Assembly (NCBI GenBank): GCA_963781585.1
Contig: CAWAGQ010000016.1
Span: 1 to 64,000, forward strand
DNA length: 64,000 bases
DNA from: an uncultured Gemmatimonadaceae bacterium
GTDB lineage: Bacteria; Gemmatimonadota; Gemmatimonadetes; Gemmatimonadales; Gemmatimonadaceae
Direction of reading: 5' to 3'
Shown: positions 58,251 to 64,000 of the stretch, in pieces
Layout: every line of letters begins with the position of its first letter
How positions within the stretch are numbered: the stretch's first letter is position 1
Notes under the pieces: model-generated
Databases searched by the model: none
The model's input: the letters and a program-made list of their open reading frames with translations, nothing else
Told to the model about the DNA's origin: nothing
Made by a program: the position numbers and the translations under genes

Positions 58251-59660
58251 TTGCCTCCCGATTCTCTGCCGGCTGATGTCGTCATTCTCGGCGGCGGGCC
58301 CGGCGGATACGTAGCCGCCATCCGGGCAGCCCAGCTCGGCTTGCAGACGGTCTGCGTGGAGATGGACCGTACCCTCGGCGGCACCTGCGTCAATGTCGGC
58401 TGCATTCCATCCAAGGCTCTGCTCCAGTCATCGGAGCACTACGAGTTCGCAGTGCTCCACGCGCTCGAGCACGGCATCGATTACGAGGCCGCCCGCCTGA
58501 ATCTGGGACAGATGCAGAAGCGCAAGGATCAGGTGGTGGCGCAGAACACCCGGGGCATCGAGTATCTGTTCCGGAAGAACCGGATCACCTGGGCGAACGG
58601 CCAGGGAACGCTTCACCCCGGCAACATGGTCGAGGTTCACGGTGTGGACGGCACGACCACCCGCTATCAGGCGCGACACGTGATTCTCGCCACCGGGTCG
58701 GTTCCGGTCGAGCTCCCGTTCCTGCCCGTCGACGAAGAGCATGTGGTGTCGAACATCGGCGCGCTCCGGTTTGCGGCGGTGCCGAGGCACCTTGTCGTCA
58801 TCGGAGCCGGCGCGGTCGGCCTCGAACTTGGCTCGGTCTGGCGCCGGCTGGGCGCGAAGGTCACGGTGGTCGAGTTCATGCCGACGATCCTGCCGGGCAA
58901 CGATGATGAGATCGTGCGTGAAGCGCAGCGCGTGTTTCACCGGCAGGGTCTCGAGATCCACGGCGCCGCGCGGGTGACCGGCGCCGAGTTCGATGCCGAG
59001 CGGATCGTCGTGCATGTCGAAGAGGAGGGCGCGGCCCGTACGTTCGACGCCGATCGCGTGCTCGTTGCGGTGGGCCGGCGGCCGGCCCTCACCGGCGTCG
59101 ATGCGGTTTCCCTCGGGCTCGCCCTCGGGCCGGGTGGGGAGATCGTCGTCGACGACCGCATGCGCACCAACCTGCCTAACGTTTTCGCTATCGGTGACGT
59201 GGTCGGGGGCAGGCTCCTGGCCCACAAGGCGGAGGAGGAGGGCGTGGTGGCCGCGGAAGTCATTGCCGGCCTGCCCTCGCGCATGCACTACCACTCCATT
59301 CCCAATATCGTCTACACCTGGCCCGAGATCGCGACCGTCGGCCTCACCGACCGCGAAGCGCGTGACGCCGGGCGCAAGGTTCGGGTTGGTCGCTTTCCGT
59401 TCTCCGCCAATAGCCGCGCCCGCACCATGGGAGAGTCGAGCGGATTCGTGAAACTCATCGCCGATGCGGACACCGACGAGCTCCTGGGGTGCCACATGAT
59501 CGGCCCCAACGTGTCGGAGCTGATCGCCGAGATCGTGCTGGCGTTCGAGTATCGCGGCGCGGCGGAAGATGTCGGCCTCACCGTGCACGCGCATCCCACC
59601 CTGTCGGAGGCAACCAGGGAGGCCGCGCTGGCCGTGCTGGGGAGAGCCGTGCACATCTGA
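58251..59660 (+). CDS. lpdA: Dihydrolipoamide dehydrogenase (E3)
   Basis: GGGPGGY, GGTCVNVGCIPSK, GAGAVGLE and HAHPTLSE motifs. Confidence 0.97.
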   Translation: MPPDSLPADVVILGGGPGGYVAAIRAAQLGLQTVCVEMDRTLGGTCVNVGCIPSKALLQSSEHYEFAVLHALEHGIDYEAARLNLGQMQKRKDQVVAQNTRGIEYLFRKNRITWANGQGTLHPGNMVEVHGVDGTTTRYQARHVILATGSVPVELPFLPVDEEHVVSNIGALRFAAVPRHLVVIGAGAVGLELGSVWRRLGAKVTVVEFMPTILPGNDDEIVREAQRVFHRQGLEIHGAARVTGAEFDAERIVVHVEEEGAARTFDADRVLVAVGRRPALTGVDAVSLGLALGPGGEIVVDDRMRTNLPNVFAIGDVVGGRLLAHKAEEEGVVAAEVIAGLPSRMHYHSIPNIVYTWPEIATVGLTDREARDAGRKVRVGRFPFSANSRARTMGESSGFVKLIADADTDELLGCHMIGPNVSELIAEIVLAFEYRGAAEDVGLTVHAHPTLSEATREAALAVLGRAVHI

Positions 59661-59733
59661 CCGCCGTTGCCGCGCCCCGCGCGGTGATCTGCTCCGCCCG
59701 CCTCGTTTCGGCTCTACCCGTCCTCCACCAACC

Positions 59734-60489
59734 GTGACCGCACCCTTCGCCTCCGTTCTCTTCGACTGCGATTCCACCCTCTCCACCATCGAGGGCATCG
59801 AGGAGCTGGCGGTCACGCATCGCGACGAGGTCAGCGCCCTCACACACGCGGTCATGGACGGGCGCGTTCCGCTCCAGGATGCCTACGGACGGCGGCTCGC
59901 GCTGATCCGTCCCACCCGCGCCGATCTCGATCGCCTCGCGCGCCAATACGTGGAATCCCTCGTCGACGACGCGCGCGCCGTGGTGGCCGGTCTGCAGGCA
60001 CTGGGCGTCTCCGTGCGGATCATCTCGGGAGGGCTCCGGCCGGCTGTCCTCGCGGTCGCCCACGCGTTAGGTGTGGCGCCGCGCGACGTCGCCGCGGTCG
60101 ATATCCGGTTCGATGACGCCGGCGCGTATGCCGGGTTCGACACGACGTCCCCCCTTGCGCGCGCCGGGGGAAAGCGCGACCTCATTGTGGCGTGGCAGGG
60201 ATTGGAGCGGCCGGCCATGCTGGTCGGGGACGGGGCGACGGACCTCGAAGCGCGCGACGCGGTCGACTGCTTCGTGGCCTACGCCGGAGTGGCCGCCCGA
60301 CCGGCCGTGGTCGCCGGCGCGGATGTCGTGGTCCGTTCCCGGTCCCTGGCACCGGTCTTCGCGCTTGCCCTCGGCGAGCAGAGACCTAACGATCCTCACT
60401 TCAACGATCTCTACGATCGGGGCGTACGGCTCCTGCACGGCGCCGTCTCCGCTCCGGCCCGTCCGTCACCTTCTCGATCGCCTTCATGA
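59734..60489 (+). CDS. serB: Phosphoserine phosphatase (HAD IB)
   Basis: FDCDSTL, ISGG, GK and VGDGATD motifs; operon with serA. Confidence 0.85.
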   Translation: MTAPFASVLFDCDSTLSTIEGIEELAVTHRDEVSALTHAVMDGRVPLQDAYGRRLALIRPTRADLDRLARQYVESLVDDARAVVAGLQALGVSVRIISGGLRPAVLAVAHALGVAPRDVAAVDIRFDDAGAYAGFDTTSPLARAGGKRDLIVAWQGLERPAMLVGDGATDLEARDAVDCFVAYAGVAARPAVVAGADVVVRSRSLAPVFALALGEQRPNDPHFNDLYDRGVRLLHGAVSAPARPSPSRSPS

Positions 60490-61616
60490 CCACCACCGTC
60501 GGTACGCGATCCCGCAGCGACGCCGTCGCCGGGACGTTCGGTCGCTTCTTCCTCCCGGGCCCCACCGAGGTTCGCCCGGAAATCCTCGCGGCAATGACCC
60601 GGCAGATGATCGGCCACCGTGGCGCCGACATCGAGTCCCTGCTGGAGCGCATCGCGCCCCGGCTGCAGCAGGTGTTCCGCACGGCACAACCGGTGTTTAC
60701 CGCAACCTCGTCGGCCACCGGGCTGATGGAAGCCGGCGTACGCAACGCCGTGCGCTCGCGCCTCCTGTGTCTGGTGAACGGCGCCTTCAGCGCGCGCTTC
60801 TACAAGGCGGCCGTCAACTCCGGCGTCGCCGTGGACAAGCTCGAGGTCGAGCCGGGCCGCATGCACACGCCCGACCTGCTCACCGACGCGCTGCGTCGCG
60901 GCACATACGACGCGGTGACGGTCGTGCATTCCGAAACCTCCACCGGGGTCCTCAACCCGATTCGGGAGCTCACCGACGCTGCCCACGCTGCCGGCGACGT
61001 CGCCGTCATCATCGACACCGTGTCGAGCATGGCCGCGGCCCCGGTCGAAGTGGATGCGTGGGACCTCGACTACGTGCTCACCGGATCGCAGAAGGCACTC
61101 GCCCTTCCCCCCGGACTGGCGTTCTGCACCGCCAACGAGCGCGTGTTCGAGCGCGCGCGCGCCAGCGGCAACCGCGGCCTGTACTTCGACCTCCTCGAGT
61201 TCCACGACTACTGGAAGAAGAACCAGACCCCGAACACGCCGGCCGTGTCCCTGCTCTACGCCCTCGACGCCCAGCTCGATCATATCCTGGCGGAAGGTGT
61301 GGAGGCGCGATGGGCGAGGCACGCCGAGATGGCGCGGCGCACGTGGTCGTGGGTGGACGGGCAGCGCGCAGCCGGGCGCGACATCCATGTGCTGGCGCCC
61401 GAGGGATACCGCTCTCCCGCGGTCACCTGTGTCTCGGCGCCGCCCGGTAAGACCGGATCGCAGATCGCCGCCGCCATGAAGGCCCGCGGTTACGTGATCT
61501 CCACCGGCTACGGCCCGATGAAGGATGCGATGGTGCGGGTGGGCCACATGGGCGACCACACCGTCGACGAACTCAACGCCCTGCTCGACACGTTAGGCGG
61601 AGTGCTGGCGGCATGA
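60486..61616 (+). CDS. Class V (alanine-glyoxylate-type) aminotransferase, probable phosphoserine aminotransferase role
   Basis: LPGPTE, HSETSTG, DTVSS, GSQKALALPPG and RVGHMG motifs; lies between serB and serA. Confidence 0.88.
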   Translation: MTTTVGTRSRSDAVAGTFGRFFLPGPTEVRPEILAAMTRQMIGHRGADIESLLERIAPRLQQVFRTAQPVFTATSSATGLMEAGVRNAVRSRLLCLVNGAFSARFYKAAVNSGVAVDKLEVEPGRMHTPDLLTDALRRGTYDAVTVVHSETSTGVLNPIRELTDAAHAAGDVAVIIDTVSSMAAAPVEVDAWDLDYVLTGSQKALALPPGLAFCTANERVFERARASGNRGLYFDLLEFHDYWKKNQTPNTPAVSLLYALDAQLDHILAEGVEARWARHAEMARRTWSWVDGQRAAGRDIHVLAPEGYRSPAVTCVSAPPGKTGSQIAAAMKARGYVISTGYGPMKDAMVRVGHMGDHTVDELNALLDTLGGVLAA

Positions 61617-63208
61617 GCGGCACCTATTCGGTGCTGGTCGCCGACGCGATCGCCGTCGACGGCCTGGCTCCGCTGCGCGACGATCCCCGCTTCGAGCTGG
61701 TCGTCCGGCCAGGCCTCAAAGGCGAGGAGCTCGCCGATGCCATCGCCGGGGCCGACGCGGTGCTGGTGCGGAGCGCCACCCGCATCACGCGCGAATCACT
61801 GGCCCGCGCGAACCGGCTCAAGGCCATTGGTCGGGCCGGCGTCGGCGTCGATACCATCGACGTCGACGCGGCCACCGAGCGCGGCATCCCCGTGCTCACG
61901 GCGCCCGCCGGCAATACGACCTCGGCCGCCGAGCTCACCTTCGCCCTCCTGCTGGCCCTCGCCCGACGAGTGGCCGCCGCCGACCGGTCAATGAAATCGG
62001 GCGAGTGGGACAAGAAGTCCTTCACCGGGATCGAACTGTACGGCAAGACGCTGGGTTTGATCGGCGCCGGTCGGATCGGCGGCGAAGTGGCGCGTCGCGC
62101 CCGCGCCTTCGGCATGCGGGTGGTGGCGTATGATCCGTTTCTCAACGCTGAACGCGCTCGCGTGCTCGACGTGGAAGTAGGATCGCTCAACGAGGTCTTC
62201 GAGCGGTCGGATGTGGTATCCGTACACGTCCCGCTCACGGAGGTGACCAGAAACCTCGTCGGCCCCGCTGAGATCGCGAAGATGAAGACCGGCGCCCTGC
62301 TCCTCAACGTGGCTCGCGGTGGTGTGATCGACGAAGACGCCCTCGTGGACGCCCTGCGGTCGCGCAAGCTGGGCGGCGCCGCGCTCGACGTGTTCGCGAC
62401 CGAGCCGCTCCCACCCGACCATCCGCTCCGCACCCTTCCCAACGTCGTACTCACGCCCCACCTGGGCGCCTCCACCGCCGAGGCGCAGCATAACGTGGCG
62501 ATCGAGATCTCCGAAGCGGTACGCGCCGCCCTCGTGGATGGCGACCTGTCCCGCGCCGTGAACGCACCGGCGGTGGGTGGCGAGGAGATGCGCCGGCTTC
62601 GGCCGGTCCTCGCGCTGGCGGAGCGACTCGGGGTGCTCGGCGCGGCCCTGGCCGGCGGGCCGCTTACCCGCATCGCCGTACACTACGCGGGCGCGTCGTC
62701 ATCCGGGCTCCACCTGATCGCTGCGTCGGCGGTGGCGGGTGCCCTCTCGCGCGTCTCCGGCGGTGCCGTGAATCTCGTGAACGCCCGGAGGCTCGCGCAG
62801 TCACGTGGCATTCGTGTCGAGGAGGCGCATGAACCGGCGATCGCGCCGTACGCCGAATCCGTGGATCTGGAGGTGGCCAGCGATGCCGGACACGCCCGCA
62901 TCACCGGTGCCGTGCTGGGGGAATCACACGAGCGCATCGTGCGCGTCGACGAATTTCATGTCGACATCGCACCGCGCGGCACGATCCTTGTGCTCCGGAA
63001 CCGCGACGTCCCGGGTGTCATTGGCCAGGTCGGCACCGCGCTCGGACACGCCGGGATCAACATCGCGGAGTACCACCAGGCGCGTCAGGGAGCCGGCGGT
63101 GATGCGCTCGCCCTCGTGAGCGTCGATGGTGCGGTGGCCGATGAGCAACTCACCGCCCTCCGGTCGCTCCCGGACGTGCGCCACGTGCAGCAGATAGAGC
63201 TGCGTTGA
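61613..63208 (+). CDS. serA: D-3-phosphoglycerate dehydrogenase
   Basis: VRSAT, RAGVGVD, GAGRIG, NVARGG and TPHLGAST motifs; C-terminal ACT (DVPGVIG). Confidence 0.96.
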   Translation: MSGTYSVLVADAIAVDGLAPLRDDPRFELVVRPGLKGEELADAIAGADAVLVRSATRITRESLARANRLKAIGRAGVGVDTIDVDAATERGIPVLTAPAGNTTSAAELTFALLLALARRVAAADRSMKSGEWDKKSFTGIELYGKTLGLIGAGRIGGEVARRARAFGMRVVAYDPFLNAERARVLDVEVGSLNEVFERSDVVSVHVPLTEVTRNLVGPAEIAKMKTGALLLNVARGGVIDEDALVDALRSRKLGGAALDVFATEPLPPDHPLRTLPNVVLTPHLGASTAEAQHNVAIEISEAVRAALVDGDLSRAVNAPAVGGEEMRRLRPVLALAERLGVLGAALAGGPLTRIAVHYAGASSSGLHLIAASAVAGALSRVSGGAVNLVNARRLAQSRGIRVEEAHEPAIAPYAESVDLEVASDAGHARITGAVLGESHERIVRVDEFHVDIAPRGTILVLRNRDVPGVIGQVGTALGHAGINIAEYHQARQGAGGDALALVSVDGAVADEQLTALRSLPDVRHVQQIELR

Positions 63209-63288
63209 CCCGCGGCCCTGCCGACAGCCCGTGGCGCAGGGCCGGGGCGGGCCGCATTGTGATTGAACAATCGTGCTTGCGGTCCCGC

Positions 63289-64000
63289 CTAACGAGTGCC
63301 GGCCGGAGCGTGCCGGAGTCGTGCCTCCACGAACAGCTGCCGACCCGTGAACGCCGGCCAGTCGGCACCGACCTGGCGGTTCAGCAGGTTCGTCATCCCC
63401 GCGACGAGGTCCACGCCGAGGGGCATGTCGCGCTCCACTCGGGCGTCGAGGCGAAGGAACCCGCCCCGCTCCCGGGAAATCGTCCCATCGGGGTCACGCG
63501 TCACCGCCGTGCGCCCGGTGTAGACCGCGTTCAGACCGCCCTGCACGCCAAGCGCCGCCGGACCCGACAGGCCGAGGCGCGCGGTGACGCCGGGCCGCCC
63601 CAGCAGCGGCGTGCCCGTTGACGCGTCCCTCGTGCGCAGGAGCTCCGAGGTGGCGTCGATACGCCAGGTGCCGGCCAGGATCCCGCCTTCCAGATCGACT
63701 CCCCGCGTGGAGCCGCGCGCGATGTTGTCGTAGGTGTAGGTGAAGCTCGCGTCAGGCGCGCCCGTCTCGATGAAGTCGCGGTAGCCGTTCCAGAAGGCCG
63801 TCGCCCGTCCGTAGAGCCGGGCCGCGGTCCACTCCGCACCGAACGAGGTCGTCAACGAGCGTTCGGGCCGGAGCGCCGGATTGCCGATCACCGAATATCC
63901 CACCGCATCATTCACGAAATGCAGGTAGAGTTCCTTGAAATCGGGGGCGCGGAATCCGCGCCCGACCGACGCCCGCAACGCGAGCGCGCTGGCAGGGCGA
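63289..64000 (-). CDS. TonB-dependent receptor, C-terminal part (runs off the window)
   Basis: RGFRAP.FKELY, GNPALRPE, NI...TRGVD, NLLN and GRQLF motifs. Confidence 0.9.
   Translation of the reverse strand, partial: RPASALALRASVGRGFRAPDFKELYLHFVNDAVGYSVIGNPALRPERSLTTSFGAEWTAARLYGRATAFWNGYRDFIETGAPDASFTYTYDNIARGSTRGVDLEGGILAGTWRIDATSELLRTRDASTGTPLLGRPGVTARLGLSGPAALGVQGGLNAVYTGRTAVTRDPDGTISRERGGFLRLDARVERDMPLGVDLVAGMTNLLNRQVGADWPAFTGRQLFVEARLRHAPAGTR

Noticed and set aside
60486..61616. Class V PLP enzyme as the missing EgtE
   Set aside because: Translationally coupled between serB and serA, 30 kb away; serine synthesis is the simpler explanation

Overview
High-GC, gene-dense chromosomal window. 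Gene content and style suggest a Gemmatimonadota-like bacterium (inference). I saw no rRNA, tRNA, IS/integrase or CRISPR array. In order it carries: an AraC-type regulator divergent from a type IV minor-pilin operon (fimT-pilV-pilW-pilX-like); a probable 6S RNA; an OPT transporter; a secreted VPS10/BNR beta-propeller; a compatible-solute/antioxidant block (degenerate Ggs-like glycosyltransferase plus TM-helix protein, treZ, treS-maltokinase fusion, Rieske-flavoprotein fusion, egtB-egtD-egtA plus betaine/ergothioneine-type ABC transporter); a cNMP-domain/aspartase fusion; a caa3 oxidase operon; dacB; a REC-GAF-GGDEF cyclase; gyrA; a Tat-signal PLP aminotransferase with mmsA and an omega-transaminase; sucB, lpdA, serB/serC-like/serA; and the 3' end of a TonB-dependent receptor. 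The most striking unexplained signal is a non-palindromic heptamer, CGTTAGG (usually CGTTAGGC), found 21 times by eye on both strands. It sits inside genes in five different codon contexts, often using rare codons, as a DNA-uptake-sequence-like or HIP-like genome signal would. A family of degenerate 7-bp tandem repeats and recurring promoter-like motifs are also visible. Start codons were adjusted by eye and all functions are motif-based inferences.
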